Assembly: GCA_965368245.1 (NCBI GenBank)
Contig: CBDUMD010000002.1
Coordinates: 54,772 to 118,771, forward strand
Reading direction: 5' to 3'
From: an uncultured Thermoproteales archaeon
Lineage (GTDB): Archaea > Thermoproteota > Thermoprotei > Thermofilales > B20-G17
DNA length: 64,000 nucleotides
Within the stretch, counting starts at the first letter, position 1, and each line of letters starts with the position of its first letter. A program made the translations under genes and the position numbers. The notes below the pieces were generated by a model. It saw only the letters and a list, made by a program, of their open reading frames with translations. It had not been told where the DNA came from and did no database searches. Positions 27,354-36,868 of the stretch are shown here, in pieces.

Positions 27354-28868
27354 TTATGCCTTGGACAGAGGCTCCCACTCCCTAAGATATCTGTCTAACA
27401 CGTTCATCTTCTTTAGGTAGAGGCCATATTTAACCAGCGCATACATAGCCTTTACAGCTCTCTCTGGAGAGGGATATGCAGGCAAGTATCTTTCATCGAA
27501 TTTCTCTCTGATATATACTGCTGCCTCTGAGCCTCCTATAACACAGACGGTTACAGGTTTATTGTATGACCAAGATGTTTTCGTAAGTTTTTCTATGAAC
27601 TCTTCTAGATCAGGAATACCGGGTATATGGTGGAGGGCTATGAGAATCACCCCATCTACCTTAGGGTCTTCGAGTAGAATACGAAGACTTATATCGTACA
27701 TTTCTGTTGTGGCTGAACCAGTTATATCCACTGGATTATCCGTTACAGCGAAAGGGACTAGGACACCTTTTCTCTTAAATTCACTAAACTTTTCTAGGGT
27801 CTGGTCTGAGAGGTCAGTAACCCTCATTCCGAGCAATTCTATTTCATCTGCAGCCATAACCCCGGCGCCACCCCCATCGGTTAGTACAGCTATGTTCGGT
27901 CCACGTGCTGGAGGCTGGTATGTAAGAGCCTTTGCTACATCGAACATTTCCTCCATATTATATGCACGTATGACTCCGGTTTTCCTGAAGGCAGCTTCAT
28001 AGATCTCATCTACACCGGCTAGAGCTGCTGTATGTGAGGCTGCGGCTTTCGCGCCTGCTCCGGTTCGGCCAGCTTTTAAAACAACTATGGGTTTCCTTAA
28101 ACTAACCTTGCTGGCTACCTCTATGAACCGCCTTCCATTCTTGATGTTCTCTAGATACATTATTACGACACGGGTATTGGGGTCGTCTAGAAAATATTCT
28201 AGAAGATCGGATTCATCCACATCGATTTTATTACCGTAGCTGACGAACTTATTGATGCCAATGTTTTCTCCTGCCATATAATCCAATGCCGCGTTCCCTA
28301 GAGCGCCGCTCTGGGAGATCATTGAGATGAAGCCCGGTTTCGGTCTAGGAGCTGAAACCAATTCTCTTCCATCCCTTAAGACCTTTGTCGGCGGCAAGAA
28401 GATCGTGTCTATTCCCGTGTAGGCGTCGAATATTCCTAGACAATTTGGGCCGATGATCCTTATACCATGTTTTAAAGCTATTTCTTTGACCCTGTTTTCT
28501 AGAGCAACATTTCCTATTTCGCTGAAGCCTGCACTTATAATGGTGGCGGCCTTAACGCCCTTCTCGCCGCATTCCTCTAGAACACGAGGTACTATCTTGG
28601 CAGGAACTACTATCACCACAGAATCTACTGGCTCAGGGATGTCTTTTATCGAGGCATAGCATTTAACCCCAAGTATCTCCTTTATATTCGGGTTTACGGC
28701 ATAGATTTGGCATTTCAATAACCCTCTCCTCCTGTTTTCTATAAGATTCTTTAATATAACATGGCCCGGCTTCTCAGGGTTCCTTGAAGCACCTATTACA
28801 GCTATTGAACTAGGGTTAAAGAAAAAGCTTATTAGAGAACCTTCTACGCTCATATTATTTCCCTCCAT
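27354..28868 (-). CDS. ADP-forming acyl-CoA synthetase, alpha (CoA-binding/ligase-CoA) subunit
   Basis: FFNPSSIAVIGASRNPEKPGHVILKNL (CoA-binding), GPNCLG, and the succinyl-CoA-synthetase-like phosphohistidine loop SHTAALAG. Confidence 0.8.
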   Translation of the reverse strand: MEGNNMSVEGSLISFFFNPSSIAVIGASRNPEKPGHVILKNLIENRRRGLLKCQIYAVNPNIKEILGVKCYASIKDIPEPVDSVVIVVPAKIVPRVLEECGEKGVKAATIISAGFSEIGNVALENRVKEIALKHGIRIIGPNCLGIFDAYTGIDTIFLPPTKVLRDGRELVSAPRPKPGFISMISQSGALGNAALDYMAGENIGINKFVSYGNKIDVDESDLLEYFLDDPNTRVVIMYLENIKNGRRFIEVASKVSLRKPIVVLKAGRTGAGAKAAASHTAALAGVDEIYEAAFRKTGVIRAYNMEEMFDVAKALTYQPPARGPNIAVLTDGGGAGVMAADEIELLGMRVTDLSDQTLEKFSEFKRKGVLVPFAVTDNPVDITGSATTEMYDISLRILLEDPKVDGVILIALHHIPGIPDLEEFIEKLTKTSWSYNKPVTVCVIGGSEAAVYIREKFDERYLPAYPSPERAVKAMYALVKYGLYLKKMNVLDRYLREWEPLSKA

Positions 28869-28944
28869 CTTTAGATTAAAATTACTTCGGTAATCGGTAT
28901 CCTATTCTTGGTTGATGAAATATGTTCAAAAACAGTTATATTTA

Positions 28945-29526
28945 TTATCTTTCCGTACGTGGCTTTATCCCTATTATGGATTTCACTTGACAGACTATAC
29001 TATAGGCCACTAGCATTGTAAAGAATGTATGTAATAGATTGAAAATAGATGTATGTAGAAGGATCAGCCAAAGAGAAGTAAAAACTAGTTGAGGGAATAC
29101 AAAAAGCAGTACAACGATGTTAGCCAAAAGCATTACAATTATCCTGGTAGCTGAGGCAGTCAATAATGCGGTAATTAATCTTATTTTCGTATTCTTTAAT
29201 CCTCCCTTGACATTATGTGATAGAAGTTTTTCGGTTAAATGGTAGCCAGCTAGCATTGATGCTACAGCCATGAATTTCAGAAGTGGCCCTATCGGCACGA
29301 ACTCTCCCTGCATCATGAGGAAAAGTAAATGAATTACACTAACTATAATCGACTCCTCGAACCCTACCAGTAAAAGCATAAATGCTGCTGGGATTTCCGC
29401 TAAATCGAATTTCAAGTAGGGTAGAAACGGATAAGGGAAGGTTAGCTTAAGGATACTAAAGAGACTGGCTAAGGACGCCATCAACGCAATTAATGTATAA
29501 ATCTTTTTTCTGGCGCCTTCACTCAT
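28945..29526 (-). CDS. integral membrane protein, possibly an ECF-transporter S component
   Basis: 193 aa with about 6 TM helices. LKFDLAEIPAAFMLLLVGFEES resembles the S-component pattern (fD.sdiP...GP..G). This is a weak call. Confidence 0.35.
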   Translation of the reverse strand: MSEGARKKIYTLIALMASLASLFSILKLTFPYPFLPYLKFDLAEIPAAFMLLLVGFEESIIVSVIHLLFLMMQGEFVPIGPLLKFMAVASMLAGYHLTEKLLSHNVKGGLKNTKIRLITALLTASATRIIVMLLANIVVLLFVFPQLVFTSLWLILLHTSIFNLLHTFFTMLVAYSIVCQVKSIIGIKPRTER

Positions 29527-29551
29527 ACTAAACCCCCTTTCTATTCACTAT

Positions 29552-29587
29552 TGTTCCAAAAATATTTTGTGTTCCAAAAATGGAACA
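29552..29587. promoter_or_regulatory. candidate operator: 12-nt direct repeat plus 18-nt palindrome
   Basis: tgttccaaaaat occurs at 29552-29563 and 29570-29581. The second copy is part of the palindrome TGTTCCA-aaaa-TGGAACA (29570-29587). The site lies in the divergent intergenic region 29527-29743. Confidence 0.45.
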
Positions 29588-29743
29588 TTTTTTTAACAGC
29601 AATTCGCCAAGCATCTCGGGGTCCTACTAACATAGTGAATTTCTCGAAGGTTTGAGGTATCCGGAGTTAGTTGAGGGTACATGGCAGATCTTAACGGTAA
29701 ATTTATAAATCAATGAAGAACACTGTCATAAAAGTGGGCGAAC

Positions 29744-30064
29744 GTGAGTTCTTTTGTAAAATTCCTTGAAGAAAAGGCGAAGAGAACTAGAATGGAGGCT
29801 TCTATTAGAGGAGCGGATGCACGTAGAGGGTCGCCAGAGCAACGGTTATCTCCTACAGAGTTCATTGAGCTGTATTACCTCGGCGTAACACCCGGGGAAA
29901 CCGTTGTCATGAGCCGTAGTATGGCTAGAGAGCTTGAAGAAAGGCTACGAAGATTGGAGGAGGAAAATAAGAGACTACGTGAAATTAATGATATTTTAAA
30001 GGCGGCTTCGATCGGCTTGCTAATACTTTTAATAGCTGTGGTAATGATATTAAGGGGTATCTAG
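29744..30064 (+). CDS. small coiled-coil protein with C-terminal TM anchor
   Basis: 106 aa from a GTG start. Leucine-zipper-like ELEERLRRLEEENKRLREINDILK is followed by the TM helix SIGLLILLIAVVMIL. The next gene starts 2 nt after its stop. Confidence 0.45.
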   Translation: MSSFVKFLEEKAKRTRMEASIRGADARRGSPEQRLSPTEFIELYYLGVTPGETVVMSRSMARELEERLRRLEEENKRLREINDILKAASIGLLILLIAVVMILRGI

Positions 30065-30065
30065 A

Positions 30066-31271
30066 ATGGTAAGTTCTCTAAAAAACAAAGTTAAGAAGCT
30101 CGAAGAGGAGATAAAAGCACGGTTTGTTGGAAACGAGGAGGCTATAAAGGCTCTGGTACTCAACCTACTGCACCCTCGTTCTACTGCGCTTATTAGGGCA
30201 CCGCGAGGGCTGGGGAAATCCACTCTTATGCTACTATTTCTAAGGGGAATATATGGAGATGACTTCACTGTAATCTCGGGGGCTTCGGAGGTTCGTCGTG
30301 GAGAGGTTGTGGGGAGGCTTCACATCCCTTCACTGGAGAAGGAGGGTATTGAGAAAGTTATATGGTCCCAGTTTGTTAAATCCCCTGGTAAGGGTCTCGA
30401 TGAAACTAATCGATTAAACCCCTACACTGCAGCCAGCATATACCATATGTTACAGTTTGGGGAGGTATGGGCTTACGGTCAACGCTTAAAGGTGGGCGAC
30501 TATACCCTTATAGCCAACGAAAATCCCCACGATCAAACAACTTTTATACATCCTCCACCTTTCTACGACCGATTTGATATATGTGTGTTTTTATCCTCGC
30601 TTTCATTTAGCGAGAAATTCATTTTAGAGGATCTCATGGACAAATATGAAGGTGAAATAGTAGACAGTATGCCACAAATCCTTACTCCAGAGGAGTTAAG
30701 CGAAATACGGGAAGAAGTTAAAGAGGTTGAAGTAGAAGTAGAGCTTAAGGGATTCATAAACCTCCTTGTTAGGGATTTACAGGCATGTGTAAGGGGCAAA
30801 GATTATTCCGAGATAAAGCCCCCTTCATTATGCGAGGGCTGTCATTTTATAAGAGAGGTTTGTAGCAAGATTAAAGAAGGGCCAAGTGAGAGGGCAACGA
30901 TAATACTTACAAATCTCGTTAAAGCTAAGGAATGGCTTGAGGGATCAGTGGATTTCAACGATGTATTGGAGATGAGTTTTTGGGTGCTTCCACACCGCAT
31001 AGTGCTTGTCTCCGGTACAAATACCCTAAAGGATCTAAAAGATATCATTAGAAGGGAACGACGGAAAATGGGCGAACGTGATACCAGAAGACAATGGCTC
31101 ATACTAAATAGATTATACAAGGAATTTAGAAGGGATCTCTATAATAGGGCTAAAGAAATAGCGCTTGAGGACTTGGTTTTTGCCGAAGAACTCATTCGAC
31201 TCGAGGAGAAATGGGTTAAGGAAGGTAAAGTAAATGAAGAGGAGATTATAAGAAATTATATAGTTTCATAA
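30066..31271 (+). CDS. MoxR-like AAA+ ATPase
   Basis: P-loop APRGLGKST and Walker B plus downstream GLDETNRLNPYTAASIYHMLQFGEV, which follows the MoxR pattern (DEiNRa.p..qsaLL..m.e). Confidence 0.65.
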   Translation: MVSSLKNKVKKLEEEIKARFVGNEEAIKALVLNLLHPRSTALIRAPRGLGKSTLMLLFLRGIYGDDFTVISGASEVRRGEVVGRLHIPSLEKEGIEKVIWSQFVKSPGKGLDETNRLNPYTAASIYHMLQFGEVWAYGQRLKVGDYTLIANENPHDQTTFIHPPPFYDRFDICVFLSSLSFSEKFILEDLMDKYEGEIVDSMPQILTPEELSEIREEVKEVEVEVELKGFINLLVRDLQACVRGKDYSEIKPPSLCEGCHFIREVCSKIKEGPSERATIILTNLVKAKEWLEGSVDFNDVLEMSFWVLPHRIVLVSGTNTLKDLKDIIRRERRKMGERDTRRQWLILNRLYKEFRRDLYNRAKEIALEDLVFAEELIRLEEKWVKEGKVNEEEIIRNYIVS

Positions 31272-31296
31272 AACTATATGGGTAGGCGTAGTACAA

Positions 31297-33066
31297 GTGT
31301 TGATGGAAAAACATGTGAGTGAGGTTCACCAACTATTTGAAAGGGTTAAGAACGAGCTCTTTAACCCTTCTATATTCATAGGTGAGGTTAAAGTAAGGGA
31401 AAAGACGGATAAAGTATCTTTCAGCATAAAGGGGGGGTTACTCAATATTACACTAGGTGAAAAGTTTCTGCAGGAAGGCGAGTGGGAAAACGTGTTAATA
31501 TGGCTTTTTAGGCATTATCTTTCTCACATACATTATTGTCCTTACGACCTTAGAACGGCCTATGAGCTTGAAAGAGCCGCCTTTCAAATCCTTAGAAACC
31601 GGGAGTTAGCTCACATAAGTCTACGTTTTTTCGCTGAATTAATGGTAGATTTAATATATCTTCCATACCGGTTCCTAGAGGTTCCCGGACACCTTGAATA
31701 TATTTTCCGTAGAGCACCTAAGGGTTTAGAACAGCTGCTTTACTCGACTTATAAAATATTTTATGAAGACCATATACCCGATTACGAAGTAGATCACCTT
31801 GTGGAAGGCTATGCTAGAGACATCTTTTTGGTTGCACGATCTTCGAAACCGTGGCTTCATAAACAAAAGTTAATAGCATCTATTATAGGCCGTCTCATAG
31901 CTCTCAGAGGTAACATGAAGAGCAAACCAGGAAAACTAAAAGAGAGGTTTAAGGAAAGATTCCCTGGCTTCATTCCCTTGTCTGAAGACCTGCGTAAGAT
32001 AGGCGAACGGGAGGTTAGTCAAGTCTATGGGGAAATTAGAGATAGGGATGAAGCTAAAGCCTTTTATAATAACTGGCTTAAACCACGGCTCAGAGATGAA
32101 GAAAAGAGAATTAAAGAGGTATTTGAAAGGGAGGTGCTTGCTAAAGTTAAGGGAGAGAAAAAGCGTGGACGAGGCTACAAGAAGAAAGCTGTTGAAAAAA
32201 GAGAGGTGTATAGAGGCGAGGAGCCTTCTTTACCCACCTCTCTTTCGTCTCCTCTTTCGAAGCTGAAGCGAAAGGCGTTTGAGGAAGCGTTATGGAGAAG
32301 GTACTGGTATAAGGCAAGAGCCCAGAAAATCCTTTTGGAATACGCTCTACAAAGTAGGATTAAACGGGTAAGCTTTAAGGAAGAGACTTACCCAGAGGAA
32401 TGGAGGGTAGAGGATGATGTAGAGGAGCTGGATATCGAATTAACTATTTCTGAAGGGCCATTCATACCAGAGGTAACTACCGCAAAGTGGGCGCCTAAAA
32501 GGCTTGAGGTTGGTTCAATACTTATACCGTCACCTGCTCCATCACTTGTAATAGTCTTAGATTCCAGTAAGAGCATGCTTTCCTCGTTTGATAATGCAGC
32601 TACATCTGCCTTCATACTTTACTTGAGCGCTAAACATGCTGGGAGTAAAGTATCAGTGGTAAACTTTTCTACAAACTTTATTTACGCCGATTGGAACACC
32701 GACGATACTGCCAAAGAGATAGTTCTTTCCCTGCCGATGGGCAAATATACTGTTTTCCCCTACCCAAAAATAGAGGAAATCATGAGAGAATCCCCCAGCG
32801 AACCTTTCTTAATGATCATCACTGACGGTGGATGGCAGAATTTCGGAGAAACCCTTCAATGGCTTATCAGAATTAGGAAGGAGGGCTTTAAGGTTCTCAT
32901 ATTTCATCTTTATGGATGGAAATACGATCAAAATATAAAACTCCTTAAAGAAAAGGCTAGGGTGAACGTTATAAGAGTTGATAGACCGGAGGTCGACTTA
33001 AACAGGATAACGCTCACTGAAGCGGGTAAAAGATACGGGCCTTCATTTTATCCTTCATGGGTTTAA
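31297..33066 (+). CDS. von Willebrand factor A (VWA) domain protein with N-terminal DUF2201_N-like region
   Basis: C-terminal VWA domain with MIDAS LVIVLDSSKSM ... MIITDGG. The N-terminus has a His-rich segment (FRHYLSHIHYCPYD). The middle has a Lys/Arg/Glu-rich linker. Confidence 0.65.
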   Translation: MLMEKHVSEVHQLFERVKNELFNPSIFIGEVKVREKTDKVSFSIKGGLLNITLGEKFLQEGEWENVLIWLFRHYLSHIHYCPYDLRTAYELERAAFQILRNRELAHISLRFFAELMVDLIYLPYRFLEVPGHLEYIFRRAPKGLEQLLYSTYKIFYEDHIPDYEVDHLVEGYARDIFLVARSSKPWLHKQKLIASIIGRLIALRGNMKSKPGKLKERFKERFPGFIPLSEDLRKIGEREVSQVYGEIRDRDEAKAFYNNWLKPRLRDEEKRIKEVFEREVLAKVKGEKKRGRGYKKKAVEKREVYRGEEPSLPTSLSSPLSKLKRKAFEEALWRRYWYKARAQKILLEYALQSRIKRVSFKEETYPEEWRVEDDVEELDIELTISEGPFIPEVTTAKWAPKRLEVGSILIPSPAPSLVIVLDSSKSMLSSFDNAATSAFILYLSAKHAGSKVSVVNFSTNFIYADWNTDDTAKEIVLSLPMGKYTVFPYPKIEEIMRESPSEPFLMIITDGGWQNFGETLQWLIRIRKEGFKVLIFHLYGWKYDQNIKLLKEKARVNVIRVDRPEVDLNRITLTEAGKRYGPSFYPSWV

Positions 33067-33740
33067 CGATACAGCACTAGGAACTTCTTCTCCTTCTTTC
33101 TTTTAGTACGAATAAAAAGTATGGCCAAAAGATATCCTGCCATGAACCCTCCTATATGTGCAAACCATGCTATTCCTCCCGCTCCAAAAAATAACCCTAG
33201 CATGCTCATTAAGAGTTGATATACAAACCATGCTGCTATGAAAAAGTGTGCTCGGACAGGTATTACAATAAAAAACCAGAGAATCACAGCCACTTTTATT
33301 CGAACCCGGGGACAAAGAATAAGAAATGCACCTAATATCCCAGAGATAGCTCCCGATGCTCCTACAGCAGGTACAAGAAAGCTTTGGGGACTTGTTAACG
33401 TAAATATATGTAGTATATCAGCCCCAAAGGCCGAAATAAAATATAGCAAAAGATATTTAGTGTGGCCCAGCTGATCCTCCACATTATCGCCGAAAATGTA
33501 GAGATAAAGCATGTTACCGGCGAGGTGGATCGGTCCGGCATGGAGGAACATTGAGGTGAAAAACGTGTAAAGTTTCTTGCCTGAAATGAAGTCTGCTGGA
33601 GTAAGTCCATATGAGTTTATTATACTCTGGTAATCCCCTAAAGTTATAGAGTAAATGAAGATGAGGGTATTTGCTCCTATTAAAAACCAATTTACAATAG
33701 GCTTACGTTTTAATTTACCGTCGTCGCCTATGGGAAACAT
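33063..33740 (-). CDS. rhomboid-family intramembrane serine protease
   Basis: Catalytic Ser in GASGAISGILGA and catalytic His in AHIGGFMAG; also HAGPIHLAGNM. Confidence 0.85.
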   Translation of the reverse strand: MFPIGDDGKLKRKPIVNWFLIGANTLIFIYSITLGDYQSIINSYGLTPADFISGKKLYTFFTSMFLHAGPIHLAGNMLYLYIFGDNVEDQLGHTKYLLLYFISAFGADILHIFTLTSPQSFLVPAVGASGAISGILGAFLILCPRVRIKVAVILWFFIVIPVRAHFFIAAWFVYQLLMSMLGLFFGAGGIAWFAHIGGFMAGYLLAILFIRTKRKKEKKFLVLYR

Positions 33741-33837
33741 GTTTAAATAGCCTGCGAGATAGTTTTGACTTAGATGAATATATTTTTATTCAGGCCAATA
33801 GAAAAATCACGGCTTTTACTGGAAAATCTATTTCAAG

Positions 33838-34917
33838 TTATTTTCTACTTTTCGCTCCAACCTGAGGAAACAAACCTAGTTTTTCAAAAACCGTTATCAT
33901 CGAGATTATCGCAGCAAACCCAGCGAAATCGGTTGGAAGGGTTACTCCGGGCGATAAATCAACGGTAATTGTGGAGAATCGGAAAACTCCTGTAGGTAGT
34001 CCTTCACGTGCTCCAACAAGTATGCTTATTCTTTTCCCCTTCAAGATGTATTCTGCTTTGCGTTCAAGTGCGGTAACTATTACTTCGCCACGGGTTGAGG
34101 TAGCGATTATTGGTTCCCCACGTCTATCTCGGACGAGTTGGTATAGATCCTGTATATTCACCTTTACTTTCCTGGGCTTCCAAGGATAGGTCTTTAACTG
34201 TATCTTATATCTTGATTCAATGCCCTCAAGCAAACCTTTTAGAAAGTAGTATAATGATTCTCCTGAACATGTTTTGAAGGGGGCCACAACTATTTCCCCT
34301 ATTTCAAACGTTTGAACAGCACGCCCTATACGAACACCTACTCTATAACATGCTTCTGAGGGGCCGTCGTAAGGCACTTGGACGAGAGAAATTTTCCTTA
34401 AAAAATCCCGTATCCAAGGTTTATCTGGTGTAATCTTCTTTGTTTCTATTTTACCATCGGTCACCGAAATTAAAGCCAAGTCTTCAAGTATATCAATCCA
34501 AACTATTTTTGAAGGATAGTTTAGATCCACTTCCGCACCTGTGGCTTCGCGGACGGCAGCACCTACCTGTATGTTTACATCTATACTGGTGAAATTATGG
34601 GATCCCCTCCTCCTCGTCCTTACAGCAAAGGTATCGTTGGCAGAAATCTTATCTACCACTACTCTGAGCGTCGCTTCAACTATTTTTTCTATATTTGCTT
34701 CTGTCTGTGCAAGAATCGGAAATATTTTTTCAACCTCCGGGATTTTTTCTCTTATCAGCTTTACGGCCTCCTCGATCTCTTCTACATTTGAAACCAAAAG
34801 TATTCCACTAAACCCATAGGGTTTAACATCTATTATTGCAGAGGGAATTATTTCGCGTATGTGTTCTGCTGCTATTTTTTCGAGTCCACGAAGGGTCGTC
34901 AACAATAGTTTATACAT
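33838..34917 (-). CDS. THUMP domain fused to a SPOUT-like RNA methyltransferase (AF2226-like)
   Basis: N-terminal ferredoxin-like/THUMP pattern (LLLTTLRGLEKIAAEHI..., FAVRTRRRG). The C-terminal ILVGAREGLP...DLSPGVTLPT resembles a SPOUT knot region. The family assignment is from memory of Pfam architectures. Confidence 0.55.
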   Translation of the reverse strand: MYKLLLTTLRGLEKIAAEHIREIIPSAIIDVKPYGFSGILLVSNVEEIEEAVKLIREKIPEVEKIFPILAQTEANIEKIVEATLRVVVDKISANDTFAVRTRRRGSHNFTSIDVNIQVGAAVREATGAEVDLNYPSKIVWIDILEDLALISVTDGKIETKKITPDKPWIRDFLRKISLVQVPYDGPSEACYRVGVRIGRAVQTFEIGEIVVAPFKTCSGESLYYFLKGLLEGIESRYKIQLKTYPWKPRKVKVNIQDLYQLVRDRRGEPIIATSTRGEVIVTALERKAEYILKGKRISILVGAREGLPTGVFRFSTITVDLSPGVTLPTDFAGFAAIISMITVFEKLGLFPQVGAKSRK

Positions 34918-34945
34918 TCTACTCCTCCCTAAAGAGGTATTTCAG

Positions 34946-35263
34946 CTACTTAATGATAAATCTTGGTGGAAGTATACGTTCACTTTTACAACGAGGGCAT
35001 CTAGAAGGCTTTCTAAGCCTTTTCATATCTTTGAAAACGAAGCCACATTCCGAACATTGGGGAGGGATCATAAATAAGTTTTTGCCTTTAAACCTTTTTC
35101 TAATAGTTTTAGCTATATGATGAAGATCCTCATATAGCATGTAATGTTCTCTTGGGGGTATTCCAAGTAGATTACCTATGGCCTTAACTGTGAGGGGTTC
35201 TCTTACCTGCATTAACAAATTTATTATTTTTTCTCTTCTAGTATACTCCATTGAACTCTCCAA
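34946..35263 (-). CDS. HTH transcriptional regulator fused to a Zn ribbon
   Basis: REKIINLLMQVREPLTVKAIGNLLGIP (wHTH) and CSECG...CPRCKS (four-Cys ribbon). Confidence 0.55.
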   Translation of the reverse strand: MESSMEYTRREKIINLLMQVREPLTVKAIGNLLGIPPREHYMLYEDLHHIAKTIRKRFKGKNLFMIPPQCSECGFVFKDMKRLRKPSRCPRCKSERILPPRFIIK

Positions 35264-35289
35264 TATCTGATAAAATATTTTTATTTTGT

Positions 35290-35691
35290 TTATTCTTCCT
35301 TTGGTCTAAACTTGAGACCATATTCTATTACTCCGTCTTCTCCCTGTTCTCTAAGCCGTCTGAATACGGCACGTAACTGAAGACCTTCCTTCACCTCGCT
35401 GGGATCTATGTCGACTACTTGCGCCAATATTCTAACACCATTGGTTAAACGAATTAACCCAACTACTATTGGTGGATTGTACGTGAAGTCTCTTGTAGGA
35501 TAATGTATAATTGTATAGTTTTCTAGTATCCCTTCCTCCGGTAACTTTACTTCCTCCATTTTCTCTGAACCGCATTTAAGGCATATCTTCTTTGGCGGAT
35601 AGAAGATTGATCCGCATTTCTCGCACTTTGTTCCTATTAACCTATACTTATATTTTTGTTCTCTCCATACACGGGGTACCGACTGCACCAT
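35290..35691 (-). CDS. DUF35 OB-fold/Zn-ribbon protein (scaffold of the thiolase/HMG-CoA synthase complex)
   Basis: CEKCGSIFYPPKKICLKCGS followed by an OB-fold region. It lies directly downstream of the thiolase gene. Confidence 0.8.
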   Translation of the reverse strand: MVQSVPRVWREQKYKYRLIGTKCEKCGSIFYPPKKICLKCGSEKMEEVKLPEEGILENYTIIHYPTRDFTYNPPIVVGLIRLTNGVRILAQVVDIDPSEVKEGLQLRAVFRRLREQGEDGVIEYGLKFRPKEE

Positions 35692-35692
35692 T

Positions 35693-36868
35693 TTATCTCA
35701 CCCTCCTCAATATATTAACCGCAACACTTGATCCTACTCCTCCAACACTCTGGGCTAAACCTATTTCTGCATTTGAAACCTGGTTTTCCCCTGCTTCTCC
35801 TCTTAATTGAAGTACTATTTCAGCTATTTGATAAATTCCTGTGGCTCCAACGGGGTGCCCTCTCGCCTTTAACCCCCCTGACATATTGGTAGGTATCTTA
35901 CCGTCCTTCTCTATTTCTCCTTCTTTAACCAGGAAAATCCCCTCACCTTTCTTTGCAAAACCAAGATCTTCTAAATGCATTGGTCCTAGAATGCTGTAGG
36001 CATCATGCACCTCCATTACGTTGATATCGGAGGGGGCTACTTTAGCCATTTTAAAAGCCTTCTCGGCGGCCTTCCTAGTGGCAAAAAGTGTTGTAAGATC
36101 TTCTCTTTCGTAGGGTGATAGGATGTCGGTCGCCACAGCGCTTCCCGCAACCTCTATTAAGATTTCTTTACCTAGAAGCCTAGCTTTTTTTTCGTTGCAT
36201 AATATGAGGGCTGCAGCGCCATCGCTTATAGGAGAGCTCTCCAATAACCTTATGGGGTCAGCTACTAGGGGGGATGACATAACTTGTTCCAAGGTTACTT
36301 CAAATGGAAATTGAGCATAGGGGTTATTTTTCGCATATTTATGGTCGTGGACTGAGAAAAGCGCTATGTCCTCCTGCTTTACACCGTACTTTTTCATGTA
36401 TTCCCTATAGACGAGTGCGTTGAGTCCAGCGAAGGTTATTCCAGTTGAAGCAACATATTCTTGGTCATCTGCCATTATGAGGGCGGAAAGGACATCCGGT
36501 GTAGCAACATCTGTCATCTTTTCTACTCCACCTACAAGTATGCAATCATATAGTCCCGAGGCAATCGAAAGGAATGCATAGTGGAAGGCTATTCCACCGC
36601 TTCCACAGGCGGATTCCACTTTTGCTGCAGCCACACCTCTTAAACCAAGATAAGTACTCATTAAAGGACCTAAGTGTTCCTGGCCCTGCATGAATCCGGA
36701 TGACATGTTGCCGACGATAACTGCCTCAATATCATCACGTTCTACACCAGCATCCTTCATGGCCTTTAATCCAGCTTCAACGAATAATTCTCTTAGAGAT
36801 TTTTCCCAGTGCTCGCCGACCTTCGTCATCCCTACACCGATCACATAGACCTTCTCCATATTAATCAC
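35693..36868 (-). CDS. acetyl-CoA C-acetyltransferase (archaeal thiolase)
   Basis: 391 aa with the active-site Cys region VESACGSGG and the C-terminal [14 protein letters not shown] ... GGVG. Confidence 0.9.
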   Translation of the reverse strand: MINMEKVYVIGVGMTKVGEHWEKSLRELFVEAGLKAMKDAGVERDDIEAVIVGNMSSGFMQGQEHLGPLMSTYLGLRGVAAAKVESACGSGGIAFHYAFLSIASGLYDCILVGGVEKMTDVATPDVLSALIMADDQEYVASTGITFAGLNALVYREYMKKYGVKQEDIALFSVHDHKYAKNNPYAQFPFEVTLEQVMSSPLVADPIRLLESSPISDGAAALILCNEKKARLLGKEILIEVAGSAVATDILSPYEREDLTTLFATRKAAEKAFKMAKVAPSDINVMEVHDAYSILGPMHLEDLGFAKKGEGIFLVKEGEIEKDGKIPTNMSGGLKARGHPVGATGIYQIAEIVLQLRGEAGENQVSNAEIGLAQSVGGVGSSVAVNILRRVR

